Shown: positions 23,760 to 37,042, counted from the whole stretch's first letter. The stretch: DNA of 63,161 bases, filler included, from Diploschistes diacapsis (GCA_023645945.1; 20 parts of 20 records of this genome joined end to end with filler, not necessarily neighbours in it), one strand, 5' to 3'. Made by a program: numbers and translations. The notes: generated by a model from the sequence alone, not told the origin.

Positions 23760-24314
23760 AATGATAGAAATTCTATTCAAAAAACCTCTCGTAGCGTCTT
23801 GTAATGTTGTGGAAGCCAACGATTGATCCATGTGTAGGAAAGTTTGCTGTAGGAGTTGACTGCTTCAGTAGCAATCCAGTATCGTTGGACTTCGTCTGGC
23901 TTGTCTGCCCATTTTGGCCGCCATTTGGTGAAAGAAGCTAGATTGTTTCGAATAGATTAGATGCTGCTGGTAGAATCGATGTCAGATAAAAGTACGAAAG
24001 TAACGACTCACTTGTGGGTTCTAGCCTTGAGCATTTGCGATTTTTGAAAGTTAGGAGGATATCCAATGGCTCGAATTGAGTAAAGCAATTGCACCCCACT
24101 TTAAGCGCCAGCTGAATCTCCCCATCAGTCGTTTCTTGCTCCGCAGACCAGTTCTGACGCAGTTCCAGTACCCGTTTAGCCCATTTCGTACTACCTTCAG
24201 CGTCCTCAAACTCAGGATACAGTTTAAACAGTCCGGCCTGTATTAAATGGTCCAGAGAGACTGAAGAGAATCGATCCGTAAGGTTCACTGCGCCCTGAGA
24301 AAGGTATTTGCCAT
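23760..24314 (-). pseudogene. Fragment of a probable fungal hypothetical gene, frameshifted and abutting repeat DNA
   Basis: Protein-like ORF (AGLFKLYPEF...LLTFKNRKCSRLEPT), GTGAGT...TAG intron, then a frameshift in HQMAAK/WADKPDEVQRYW. AT-rich repeat begins right upstream. Confidence 0.5.
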
Positions 24315-24424
24315 TATAAAAATCTTCAAAATATTAATAATAATAATTAATTAATGATTATATAATCATAATATTACGTAATATTTAATTATTATTATTA
24401 TTATTAACGTATATGCATAGCGAG

Positions 24425-24605
24425 TGTAAAGGGTGGAATACGACAATGTGGCAAGATGGCTGTACGCAGGGCATATTCATGCTAGGACTAATTACTAAAG
24501 AAGAGGAGAGAGTAAGAAAAGCAAAATCCCCCTTCAAGTACCCGCAAGCCAAGACCCTGAATGCCGCTTATCCGATTATTGGTATACTTTTTGCTTGGCC
24601 TTACA
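24425..24605 (+). mobile_element. LTR family G, 181 bp (TGTAA...TTACA)
   Basis: Inverted termini; reverse-complement copy at 25114-25292. Confidence 0.8.
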
Positions 24606-25113
24606 ATTATCTCTTCCTTTCTTGTTTTGGTCCTCCAGAGCTACCTTTATGGTCCTTTTTTTGTTTATTAAAATAGGTTAGATAATTAACTCGATTTATA
24701 TCGTTATTATCTCGATCCATAATATAGGTCGAGCTTGTTTTCGCTTTTGTATGCATATTCTAAGGTTCGTTAATAGTTAATTATAGTAGGAATAAATTCT
24801 AATATCGACGCTGGTTGTTTATAAGTTAAATATTTGTTAAATTAATAATATCCTTATTTAAATATCAATCTTATTATAATATCTTTACCTTATTTATAAC
24901 ATTCTTACACTTCATTTCTTCATCTTTTAACCCCTATTCCTTTAATTTATACTATAAATCCTATTAACGAGTTATTATCGCCGTTCATTCTTGCTTTTCG
25001 TTCGTCGTTCACTNNNNNNNNNNNNNNNNNNNNNNNNNNNNNNNNNNNNNNNNNNNNTTAATTAATTAANNNNNNNNNNNNNNNNNNNNNNNNNNNNNNN
25101 NNNNNNNNNNNNN

Positions 25114-25508
25114 TAAGGCTAAGCTAAAAATATGCCAATAGTCGGACAAGCGGCGTTCAGGGTCTTGGCTTACTAGTACTTGAAGGGGTATTTTGCCCTT
25201 CTTACTCTCTCCTCTTCTTTAGTAATTAGTCCGAGCATGAATATGCCCTGCGTACAGCCATCTTGCCGCATTGTCGTATTCCACCCTTTACATATAACGA
25301 CGTTTATATATATAGTTTAAAATAACAGCCAGTCGCCGACAATAAAGTTATCGCGACAGCGTTATTACTGATAGAAAGCTGCCCGAGCAGATCTGTCCTG
25401 ACAGACACCTGTCACCAGGCATCTGTCAGTCACGTGACCCGCGTCACTCTGGCTGGCCTATATACAAGAAAGCTGGGACGTGCCAAGTCTGGTACTTGGA
25501 TCGTAACA
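25114..25508 (-). mobile_element. LTR family G (25114-25292) adjoining or nested in LTR family B (to 25508)
   Basis: Reverse-complement matches to 24425-24605 and 870-1080. Confidence 0.8.
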
Positions 25509-25894
25509 GCTTTTCGATCGTCTTTTTTTTTAGTACCCGACGTCGTTCGTTAAATTTCGGATTTAAAAAATTTCTTCGTTTAAATATATCTTTTTATTAT
25601 TTAATAGGGCGTTCCTTAATTGTCGTATTAGTTTTATATATATCCCAATAATTAACCTCGTATGACTAAATAGAAAAACGCTTTATCATCTTTTCGTCAC
25701 TTTCCTCTTTCTCGAAATCTTTAGGCCCAAATTTAGCATTAATTACATTATAGGCTGACATCTAATATAAGGATCTAGTCTAGACCTGCTATAGAAGACG
25801 AAAGTTCGAAGAAACTTTATTTTTATAAATCTTTTTTTAATTATTAATTTGGGATATGAGCTTTTTAATCATCGTGCTCTACTTATAAAAGTTG

Positions 25895-26322
25895 TGTTAC
25901 GATCCAAGTACCAGACTTAGCACGTCCCAGCTTTGTATATAGATCAGTCACGGGACCAAGGGTCACGTGATGCGCTTACTGCTCGCGTTTATCTTTATAA
26001 GCGGCGAGTAGGCTTTCGTTACCGCTCGACGGTCGCGTTTATTCTTATAAACGGCGAGCCTCGAAAATACCGTTTATTAAATTTATAATAAACGGCGAGC
26101 GAGTTAATTATATATAAACACGACTTTATCTTCGTGAAAAAGGACGTGTTTATTTTTATAAATATCCTTAATTATTGTTCGGGATTAATTTATATTCGTT
26201 ATCTTTATTATTTAAAAAACCTTTTTTTTAGAAATAATTTAAGACTTATAATTATTTTATCTTTTTTTCTTATTACATTCCTCTTTTAACAGAAATTAAA
26301 TCCATTTTAATCTTATTCGTGT
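25895..26322 (+). mobile_element. LTR family B copy
   Basis: Colinear with 26989-27410. Confidence 0.8.
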
Positions 26323-26422
26323 NNNNNNNNNNNNNNNNNNNNNNNNNNNNNNNNNNNNNNNNNNNNTTAATTAATTAANNNNNNNNNNNNNNNNNNNNNN
26401 NNNNNNNNNNNNNNNNNNNNNN

Positions 26423-26807
26423 GAATTTACCGGAATACCGCAATGAAATTTTTTTTTAAAAACAAAAGCGTAAGAAATAGACGTGATAATTCTAGAAATA
26501 TTTAAAAAAAAAGTGTTTCGGTGAATGCACGGACACGGATACTACATTTTCGTGAATTTATTAACACGGACATCGTAATAAAAATTTTCTCGATACGAAT
26601 ATTAACACGGATATTATATTATAATAAAAGCACGGATACGGATATTATAATTAAAAATTTTAAAATATTGATATTAATACGGATATTATACTTCCGTGAA
26701 TCCACGAACACGGACACCGCAGCTAAAAAATCTAAAACACGGATACTGACACTATCAGTGTCCGTGTCACTGACACGGCCGTGTCAGTGTCAGTGACGGC
26801 CAGCCTA
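26423..26807. mobile_element. hAT-like/foldback element end (TIR TAGGCTGGCCG; GACACG/GACACT subterminal repeats)
   Basis: Ends CGGCCAGCCTA; same family at 60024, 62433 and 62945. Confidence 0.7.
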
Positions 26808-26988
26808 ATCTATTTAACGACAATGACTAGGCCTGATTTAACCTACCCAATAGGACTATGCGCCAGATTTATACAGAATCCAGGCCCAGACCATTTTTCG
26901 GCGCTAAACCGCATCTGGCAATATCTACGGTATAGCTGGAATTTCGGCCTATTATATAATCAGACCTCTCATAGCCTAAAAGGCTACT
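26808..26988 (+). mobile_element. Copia pol fragment (RT C-terminal region), weakly RIP'd
   Basis: IYLTTMTRPDLTYPIGLCARFIQNPGPDHFSALNRIWQYLR (TRPD motif). Confidence 0.88.
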
Positions 26989-27440
26989 TGTTACGATCCA
27001 AGTACCAGACTTGGCACGTCCCAGCTTTATATATAGGTCAGTCACGAGACCAGGGGTCACGTGGTGCGCTTACTGCTCACGCTTATTCTCGTGAGCGGCG
27101 AGCAAGCTTTCGCTACCGCTCGATAATCGCGCTTATTCTCGTAAACGGCGAGCCTTAAAGGTACCGTTTATTAAACTTACGGTAAACGGCGAGTAAGTTA
27201 ATTATATATAAACACGATTTTATCTTCGTAAAAAAAAACGTGTTTATTTTTATAAATATTTTTAATTATTATTCGGGATCAATTTATATTCGTTATTTTT
27301 ATTATTAAAGAACCTTTTTTTTAAAGATAGTTTAAGATTTATAATTATTCTATTTTTTTTTATTATATTCTTTTTTTAATAGAGATTAAATCTATTTTAA
27401 TTTTATTCGTGTATATTTTGTATAAATAGAGATTATAACA
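26989..27440 (+). mobile_element. LTR family B, apparently full length (about 452 bp, TGTTAC...ATAACA), inserted in Copia pol
   Basis: Inverted termini, allowing one RIP change; multiple copies in the window. Confidence 0.75.
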
Positions 27441-28081
27441 TTTAAATACTTTTAAAAATAAGTATTATTAATAATATAACCGGACGATCGCCATCGATAA
27501 TTAAATCCGTAATATTTTACGTATTTAGAATATTAACGCCATTAGATGATACCGATATGCCCATAACGGACACCGCGGAAGCTAGAAATGACGATTTCGG
27601 AAATAACGATAAACCTAACGAAGATAAATCGNNNNNNNNNNNNNNNNNNNNNNNNNNNNNNNNNNNNNNNNNNNNTTAATTAATTAANNNNNNNNNNNNN
27701 NNNNNNNNNNNNNNNNNNNNNNNNNNNNNNNCCTATCTTGAGCTTATAATATTAATAGATTTAGATGGTTTAAGTAATTCAGTCTAGGTCTGATTTAATA
27801 ACTAAAAATCGATTTTTTTCTTTAATATTGTTTCCTATTCTTATCCGAAGATTGGATCATTTACGATCTCTATATAGTTCTTTAAAATACTAACACGCGT
27901 CAATTTTCAACTAACGTCGCTTATTATATCCTCTTTATTTATTATAAACGTTATATGACTCCTTAAGGCTTTAATTAATGACAAATATTTAATATCCCGC
28001 TGTCGCTTATTAATAACGAAAGTCGTGTTATATAACTTTCTTATACCCTAAATCGTTATAATTATGAAAACGTCGTCTATA

Positions 28082-28939
28082 ACGTGTTTGACGGGGAAGT
28101 GGGCCACCCCCAGAAGTGGGCCACCTCAAATCACTACTACCACCATTCTACGGTTTTTAAATACAATTTATTCGTCGTAATCAGAATCTAATCAATCTGA
28201 ATCGAATTTATCTTCCTCCTTTGTATCCTTTTCGATTTTAGAAACGCGACGATATTTTTTACGCGTTGTAGGTCGTTTCGAAACTATCCGACTCGATTTA
28301 ACCCGAGTTATTATCTCAAGAACTTCGTTTATGTTAAACATAAAACGATCTTCGATTCGTTTATTTAATTTTCGTTTCTTACGATTATTAAGAAACGTTT
28401 TTTACTTTCGGTTTTGTTTACGAAGCGTTATGAATTCAGTATACGTCAATTTAAATATACGGGTTAATCGATTCGAATAACATGGAATCGGATTAATTAA
28501 TTTTAGAACGACGCGCAACGTTCGATTAAAAATTCCTTATTAATCTTTCGTAATTCGTCGTGTCTGGCGAAGAACTATGAAATAAAAATAAATCTAAATT
28601 AAATCGGTTCGTAATCAATAAAGGACTATAAGGTAGAAATAATAGGGTCCGATATGTCGAAACGAGCTTATTAAGCACGGTTATAGAATTAATAAATTAT
28701 AATTTAATATTTATAAAATCTGTTTAAGCGTTTCGATTCGTAATAGTTCGATTACGAATTATTAAAAATAATTCGATTTATTCCGACCGTGTCATACGTA
28801 ATCTATTTATTCGAGTAATATAATCCGTCTTTTACGCCAACGCGTTTTTTAACGGCGAAAACACTACGACATCGAATGATTTAAAAAGATAAAAATTTTA
28901 CGGTAATAATATCATCAGATCGATTCTATTAGATATATT
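28082..28939 (-). mobile_element. pogo/Fot1-type transposon right end, RIP'd
   Basis: TA+ACGTGTTTGACGG, (AAGTGGGCCACC)x2; colinear with 2012-2520. Confidence 0.85.
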
Positions 28940-29589
28940 NNNNNNNNNNNNNNNNNNNNNNNNNNNNNNNNNNNNNNNNNNNNTTAATTAATTAANNNNN
29001 NNNNNNNNNNNNNNNNNNNNNNNNNNNNNNNNNNNNNNNCGTATAATATAATAATTATAAAATTCTTAAAAGGAAGTTATTTCGTTACTCTTTAATTAAT
29101 TATTCTAATATAAAAACTTTTTACCGAAATAACTGGTCCAGAAAGCTGCTCTCTAAACAAAACTTAATACGGATTATAAGCAAATTTGCTTTCGATGTTC
29201 TCTACTTCTAGGTAAAGTAGATCCAGGAAATCTCAACCAAAGTATCTTCCGAGATACCAGGTGATAATAAATAGTTCCAAATTAGCTTCAAATTAATAGA
29301 AGGAGGACCGAGGATTAGATCAATATATCTAATTAGAACTTAATTGTAACCTAATTAGAAAAAAGATAGGAAGATAAAGCAGTATATAAAGCCAGGTTCT
29401 GGTAACTGCAGATAAGGGGAAGAAGAAAGTTCTACAAAACCGAAGCTTTGCTACGAACTCTGGTTCAGTACATGAACTAGGTGCAGAAACTACTGGAGCT
29501 AGGACTGTTCTAGGAATTGGTCGTCCAATTCGTTGTTATTATTAATCAGTATGTACTTAAATTGATTTATGAAGTGAAGATGCATTCTA

Positions 29590-29758
29590 AAAGTTATAGT
29601 TACCATCGAGCTCTTTATAACTACTATTGTAGCTATTAAGCGGGTGGATGCTTAATGGCATCATGTCCCATAGCGTCACAGGCGACGCCAGCGAGGGCAG
29701 GGACAAGCGAGCCCAGCAAGAACAAGCGACTCTCCCTAGTAGCACTATAGCTACTACA
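29590..29758 (-). mobile_element. LTR family F 5' part
   Basis: Reverse-complement similarity to 33601-33760 and 34491-34680. Confidence 0.6.
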
Positions 29759-30347
29759 AAAGATATTAATAACGAGTCAATTATTTACGTCAATAACGGA
29801 TTAATTACCCACGTTAATGACGAGTTAATTACACACGTCAAAAACGTATCAACGATAAAGGCGAAAATTTAATTAAATTATACTAAACCTTCATTATCTG
29901 CTCCTATTAAGGATCACAGCACCCTAAAAGTTCCTACTTTCATTCCATATGATCAACCCGAGCTAGATAATAGTGACCGACGATTAATAAAGAAGTTTTT
30001 ACGGATTAAAATTTTAAGAAAAAGAATTAAACTTAAACCTAAACTTAAATTTATTAAATCGAATATACTAAAACTTATTACGCCAATAACGGGCGTTATA
30101 CACGTCATTAATAATCCGATTACGCATATAACACCCGTTAACGCCACGTTAACAACTTCCAATATATAAGATTCTTAAACAATAAACGACATAAACGACG
30201 CTTTAATAATCATAAACATTTAAAATATTAAAAAATTATATAACACGNNNNNNNNNNNNNNNNNNNNNNNNNNNNNNNNNNNNNNNNNNNNTTAATTAAT
30301 TAANNNNNNNNNNNNNNNNNNNNNNNNNNNNNNNNNNNNNNNNNNNN

Positions 30348-31060
30348 GGTCGAAGGTATTTCGTAGCGTTAATAACGTGTTCGTTAGATGCGGCTCGCTT
30401 GCGAGTAGTTTACGTTTCATATTCCGTTTCGATTATCGGAGACGTGGTTTGAATCTCTAGATTCGTTATTTCCGTAATTAGACTTTAAATTCTTTTTTGT
30501 TTTAATAATTTCTGGCGTTTTTTTTAAGGTAGGAGATATGTTCTCGGTTAAATCGCGAAGGGTTTACGTTCGATAGATATTTTTCTTCGGTAGTAGAATT
30601 TAATTATTCTTTTTCGTCTAATTTAGGAATTCCGACGGCGACGCGTTTCTTTTCGACGATTCCTTTTCTTCGCGAGACTTTTGCGGTTACTAACCGTGAG
30701 GACTTCGTTAATATCTCGTTATGTATTAATGATTTCCGTCGGGATGAAACAACGGTATCCGTTAGATCTACGGTTACTACCGATTTTTTAATATTTCGAG
30801 ATATAATCGCGGTTTTTCGTTTTCTTTTACTTATTTTACCGGACCACTGTTTTACTAAAAGAAAAGAAATTAGAATTATAAAGGATGAAATATAATAATA
30901 TAATAATAATAATAATTATAATATTCATAAATTAGTCTTTAAAAAAGGAAAGAGTAAATCTTTTTATACAAAAATTTTTATGTGGACCTGCGGCCTTGGC
31001 GCGGCGCTAGGGCTGAGTTCCTCCGCTCGCCCGGAGGACTGTCACAGCTTATCTGTTACA
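30348..31060 (-). mobile_element. Retrotransposon 5' LTR start (TGTAACAG at 31060) plus RIP'd gag-like region
   Basis: TG terminus interrupts a repeat that is continuous at 29945; internal part matches 1452-1580. Confidence 0.5.
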
Positions 31061-32005
31061 TATATGATCAACCCGAACTAAATAATGGTGACCGATTGTT
31101 AATAAAAAGGTTCTTACGAATTAAAGTTTTAAGAAAAAGAACTAAACCTAAACTTAAACCTAAATTTACTAAACCGAATATACCAAAGCTAATTACGTCA
31201 ATAACGAGCGTTATATACGTTATTAATAATCCGATTACGTATATAATACCCGTTAACGCCATGTTAATAACGTTTAATATATAAAATTCTTAAATAATAA
31301 ACGATATGAACGACGCTTTAATAATTATAAACGTTTAAAACATTAAAAAGTTATATAACACGAATTCCGTTATTAATAAACGATAACGAGATATCGAACA
31401 TTTTTTATTAGTTAAAATATTAAAAAGTTATATAACGTTTGTAGTAAATAAATAAAAAATAATAAGCGATGTTGGTTTAAGATCGACGCGTGTTAGCATT
31501 TTAAAGAATTATAAGGAAGCCGTAAATAATTTAATTTTCGGACAAGAATAAGAANNNNNNNNNNNNNNNNNNNNNNNNNNNNNNNNNNNNNNNNNNNNTT
31601 AATTAATTAANNNNNNNNNNNNNNNNNNNNNNNNNNNNNNNNNNNNNNNNNNNNACATAATATATTAATAAAAAATGATTGCCCTCGCCATCTTCCCCAG
31701 CTTTCGCCGGTTTCGCCGGTTTCGCTAACTTCGCGGATTTTCGCGGTGTTTCGCCGCCAAAAAAATTTCGTGATGAAGTAGGATAATTTCCTAGATAAGA
31801 CCTCTAGACTTCAATATATCCATTACGTTGCCAAACAATAATTAAAGTATCATTTTTGAATTATCATTTTAATATATATAAACGGACACGACATGGCTTT
31901 CGTTAATTTTAACGTGTTTACATCTTATGATTTACGTTATTTTCAACAAAGTAATATTATCGATATTTTTATTATTTTCTAATATTTGTTAAAGAATAGT
32001 CTATT

Positions 32006-32861
32006 TGCGACAGATCAGCCCAGGGGTCTGCCAAGCCACGGCAGGGTCACATGACGGCAGGGTCACATGACGGGTCCCACCGCGTATAGCCGCTGCCAGC
32101 CGTACCAAGGATATTAGGGGGTGGCTGTGTAGGCGGGTAGTGCCCGAACCCTATAGGGCTAGCATCCATACTATTTATTTCTGCTACCCTCCCATCTAGA
32201 TAATTTCTTCTCTAGCTTTTCGAATCGAGACCTTTTACCTACAGATGTCCAGCTACACGTAATCCTTCTAGATCAGGCCCAGCCCTCGGTAGTATAGTAT
32301 CCCATTCCTGTGCTAGCGTTTCATATTCGAAAAGCTTATTTTATCTTCGTGCTCGTGACGAGAGTTTAAAACGTTAATCGAACTAAATATTCGGGTAAGT
32401 TCACGATAACCGAACTCGAAAGTACTATCCGCCGACTTATTATAAATAATGACCCCTGTTAATAAAAAGGATTAAAAAAAGAAAATTTATAATACCTCCG
32501 ACTTTTAAAGAATTAACCGAGATCCCAACGGTTAAAAATACGATTCAAAAAACGAATCGATAGTTAAAAAATAATCTATAAGATATCCCGCGTTACGGTA
32601 ATTATTTATATTAAGAACCTTCGAGGAATTCAATGCCAGCGAAGAACTAATACGAAAAACATTTTAAAAAAGCTCCCGCGACGAATCTAAACGAAAAATA
32701 TCTTCGTTTAAAGACTCGATAAAAGATTAAATTAATAAAGACAACGTTACCGAGAACGTAATAAATTTATAATTATAAAAATAAATAAAAAAGATTTATT
32801 AACGAATTAAAAATAAATTAACGAAATTAATAAAATTAATACGCATTTACGTAACAATCGT
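32006..32861 (+). mobile_element. LTR family A 5' LTR (32006-32323) plus PBS and RIP'd gag region
   Basis: TG...CA termini, homology to 523 and 58645, PBS-position sequence complementary to the LTR. Confidence 0.85.
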
Positions 32862-32995
32862 NNNNNNNNNNNNNNNNNNNNNNNNNNNNNNNNNNNNNNN
32901 NNNNNTTAATTAATTAANNNNNNNNNNNNNNNNNNNNNNNNNNNNNNNNNNNNNNNNNNNNCGCTATGAGTGTCCGCTCGCTATGCATATACGTT

Positions 32996-33790
32996 ATTAT
33001 ATTTATATTGGGGATATAAGCTACCTATCGTAATTAATGTCAAGCTTTTCGCTTAGTTTGTTGGATCCTTCAAGATCTTAGAACGCATTAATGTTATTAG
33101 CATCGTACATCTCGAGCCGGTGCTATACCCAATTAACGACCCTTACCGCCGACGATCTCTATCGCCGTCATCTATAATTATAAAAATCGAAAAAGAATAC
33201 GAGATAAAACGATTATTAATTAAGCGTCATATACGTAAAGGACGTGGATAAAGTACGTAATACTTAATTCAATAATTAAGATATGATATTATCGATAATA
33301 TATAAATCACCGAACGAGAATTATAACGATTTTTAATAAATCGGATCGTCGAGTTTAAAGCGAAATATAATGCCGCCGTGGATGTAGGATTATAAGAGAT
33401 ATAAGACTAGAATTATGTCTACGATAAGGAAATGGCCTTAATAATAAAGTAAAATTATTTTAAGAATAAAAGAAAGAAAAGTAATATCAGATGTTTTGCT
33501 AGAATATTTTGGGGCTAAAGTTCAAAAGTTTGTTTTGCTATTTTGATACTTATTACGGACATGGCTTATAGAGGCATAAGCTTTTCGTCCTGATGGATAT
33601 TGTAATAGCTATTGAGCTACTAAAGGTGTTACTTGCTCCTGCCCTCGCCGGCCTCGCTCGTGACGCCATGGGTGATGATGCCATTGGGCATCCACCCACT
33701 TAGCAGCTATTGTAGTAGCTATAAAGGGCTCGATGCCCACTTAGCTATTTAGAAGGCATCTTCTACTCACACAATGATTTGATACTATCA
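32996..33790 (+). mobile_element. Ty3/Gypsy chromovirus 3' end (integrase tail, chromodomain) plus LTR family F from 33601
   Basis: FVGSFKILERI, then EKEYEIKRLLIKR...YLIQ*L.YD chromodomain remnant; TGTAATAG LTR start. Confidence 0.75.
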
Positions 33791-34379
33791 CTCCAATTTT
33801 CCAGTCATTTTAGAGAATTTAGATTGAGCGAAAATCAGCGGCCAAATTATTTGAAATCTTTCGGATTTTGAAGAATAAAGCCACACAACGAGTGTATAAC
33901 GCCGAAAAAAAGTTTTTTATATTTTTATTAAAATCTACGCTTAAAAACACTCGTAATGATAAATTTAACTAAAACCTTTTTTGCTTGGTTAAACCCGATT
34001 TTAAAAGACTCAAAAATCCGCTTATTCGAGTTGTTATTTTTAATTCGTTATAAAAAATTAACTAGTGCCGTAATCAATATGCACTTTTTAGATTTGATAG
34101 GTAATTGATTGAAAAGTAATATTTTTAAATAAAATTAAAGATAACGATTAATTTCGAAGAGTTATTGNNNNNNNNNNNNNNNNNNNNNNNNNNNNNNNNN
34201 NNNNNNNNNNNTTAATTAATTAANNNNNNNNNNNNNNNNNNNNNNNNNNNNNNNNNNNNNNNNNNNNGTTAAAGCAGAATTATTAAAGATATAAAACTAA
34301 AACTATATCTACGAAGTAAAAGCAAGCTTAATAAAGAAACAGAATTGCTTTAAAAATAGGAGAAAAGGAAGCAATATAA

Positions 34380-34720
34380 GAGATATTGCTAGAATATTTT
34401 AGAACTAAATATCGAAGGTTTATCTCGCTCATTTAATACCTATTTAGGATATTGCTTATATGGACATAAGCATTTTGTGTCGGTGGATATTATAGTAGCG
34501 GCTATGGCTACTAGCTGTTGCCACTACCACTACTACTGCTACTGCCACTACTACAAAGGGGGTGTCGCTTGCACTTGCACTTGCCGGTGTCGTTAGTGAC
34601 GCCATGGTGGATGTTACTGGGCATCCACCCACTTTATAGCTATAAAGGGCTCTATGCCCACCTAGCTATTTGCAATCCATGTTCTACACACACTACAATT
34701 TGACTATAAACTGACAAAGG
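34380..34720 (+). mobile_element. 3' UTR plus LTR family F variant (from 34491)
   Basis: Colinear with 33490-33790. Confidence 0.6.
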
Positions 34721-34949
34721 CATCTTTTCTCGCTTTTATTATCTAGCTTTCTTTAAACTTTATATCTTATCTTATTTTTAATAATATGTTTTTTATTGTT
34801 TCTAATGCATTCTTCAATATAGATTCGAAACCATCTTATTATTCTAACGATTCTCCTATTAATGTTTTATTTTTAGATTACGAGTTTCGTTCTTATTACT
34901 CGGTATGATCTGAATCTTTTTATTAAATAAAATAATTTTAGATCGTTTA

Positions 34950-35259
34950 TGTAAAGGTTAATACTACAGTGTGACAATAAGGCAGATAAGTGGCTATTCG
35001 GTGGCTAAGTCTCTGCTAAACGATAGATATATTGATGAAATAACTTCTAAAAAACTATCTCTATCTACGAAAACTCTGTTCTTATACAAGAACACGCTAG
35101 CGGGCCTTGATATATACTTAACATATCCTTTAATAACCTCTTATTAAATTTTACGTATTATAATTACCTTTTCCTTTCCTAAACTCTATCTTTAAAACGT
35201 TTAACCCTCGTAACGTACCTTTATTATTAATTATACGATAATAAATCTCTAACGTGTCA
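34950..35259 (+). mobile_element. LTR family E (TG...CA, about 310 bp)
   Basis: Matches 4031-4340(-). Confidence 0.65.
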
Positions 35260-35820
35260 TTAATATTCTATATTTTAATAATATTAATCATTAATATATA
35301 ATTTTATTTAATATTTATTAATTCTTAACTAACGCGTAGACGGCGAGTCGTTAATACTTTAATATATTATTATTATTAATTTATTATTAGCGTAAATCCA
35401 ATATAAAGGTTCTATTTTTTTATCTTTCTTTTTCTTTCTTTATTCCCATTCTCGTTAATTATTTATTTTATTCNNNNNNNNNNNNNNNNNNNNNNNNNNN
35501 NNNNNNNNNNNNNNNNNTTAATTAATTAANNNNNNNNNNNNNNNNNNNNNNNNNNNNNNNNNNNNNNNNNNNNATATAACCTAATAAAACGACACCGACG
35601 AATCTATTAATAAAAATACGGAAACCACGTTTTTATTAATTATAATATGAATAAAAGAGATTTCGAAGAATAATAACATTTCGGAACATATAACGAAATA
35701 TAAAGAAACGATAAAATATTTATTTATAGAAATATAAACATGTTATTCGATCCTTAACGTTAAATTAAACACCCGAGGATCTTTAAATAATAATCCAAAC
35801 GAAAACGTATCGTACGAATT

Positions 35821-36031
35821 TAGAACGCCCCTATAGGAATACTACACAACCAGGGGCTGGGCCTGATCTGGAAGGATCACGTGTAGCTGCAATCTGTAGG
35901 CTGAATGGTTCAGATTCGAAAAGGTGAAGAACTAACTAGGTGGGCAGTAGCGAGGTATAAATACCCCCAAGGTCAGCCCTACTGCCCTACGGGGTTCAAC
36001 CCTTGAACCCACAAACGTTCAGGATGTTCCA
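35821..36031 (-). mobile_element. LTR related to family A (TGGAAC...GTTCTA)
   Basis: Shares CAGCTACACGT...ATCAGGCCCAGCCCC and TTTTCGAATC with the family A 3' half. Confidence 0.65.
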
Positions 36032-36460
36032 ATAATCGTGATTTTTAAATTTAAACCGAATCGGATTTTTTCGCGTCGAATTTTTTTAATTATTTCTATT
36101 ATTAACGTAAGCGATACACGAAAGCCAGTTTATATAAAACGTATAATTTATCGTATTAATATTTTTTCTTTTGGATTTAAGAGGATTTAAGCCGATTCGT
36201 AATTATTAAAATTGAATTATCTTTTATTAAGTCGATTTATAATGATCGATCGATAAAGTTTAAATACGCGAACGATCGCTCGAATATTAATATATTATTA
36301 AAAATTTAGAACTTATAAATAATCGTTAATATCCGATTTTAATAATATCGAATTATTTTGATGCGAAGCGGCCATTATCGAAAAAAACCGAAAGAATAAT
36401 GAATATCGTAATGTAAAATGGCCGAGCTGTGGGGGTGGCCGAGCTGACCGTGAAACACGT
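36032..36460 (-). mobile_element. pogo/Fot1-type transposon left end
   Basis: Reverse complement of 4760-5138; TA flank. Confidence 0.85.
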
Positions 36461-36879
36461 TATTATAAAATTTTAAAACGGAAACATCACGAAAAGTTTT
36501 TTAAACCCAAAATTTTTTTTTACGAAAGTGCCTGTTTTGCGGGTTTAGCGGGTTTTGCCATGTTTCGCTAAAAGGTCTAACCGGACTTGGCACATCCCAG
36601 CCATTCCTTGTACATAGACCAATCGCGGTGACACCGGTCACGTGATAAGTAGATGCCTTTAGGGTTTATTTACTTATTAGCGGGTAGAATCAGAGAACGG
36701 TAATTCTATTCTTTTATTTAATTAATTTGGTGAAAGGAAAGCGGTTATGTAAAAAACATTATTATTGCTTTTATAAATCNNNNNNNNNNNNNNNNNNNNN
36801 NNNNNNNNNNNNNNNNNNNNNNNTTAATTAATTAANNNNNNNNNNNNNNNNNNNNNNNNNNNNNNNNNNNNNNNNNNNN

Positions 36880-37042
36880 ATTTCTAATATCGGAAAAGAT
36901 AAAAAAAAGAAAATATATTCGGTTTAAATCGATTAAATTCTAATTACGACGAATAGATTTTATCTAACAACCGTAAAATGGCGATAGTAGTGATTTGAGG
37001 TAACCGGAATCTAGGGGTGGCCGGAATCCCCGTGAAACACGT
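36880..37042 (+). mobile_element. pogo/Fot1-type transposon right end
   Basis: Reverse complement of 2012-2170. Confidence 0.85.

Noticed and set aside
24425..25292. Inverted LTR-G pair as a TIR element or real inverted repeat
   Set aside because: The copies are on different contigs separated by a spacer.
29648..31284. Short I/N/K-rich ORFs in AT-rich contigs (also 2098, 4128, 26521)
   Set aside because: Chance ORFs in RIP-mutated repeats.
34965..34990. TA-CAGTGTGAC as a Tc1/mariner TIR
   Set aside because: Homology with the 4340 copy extends outward to TGTAAAGG, so it is internal to an LTR-like terminus.
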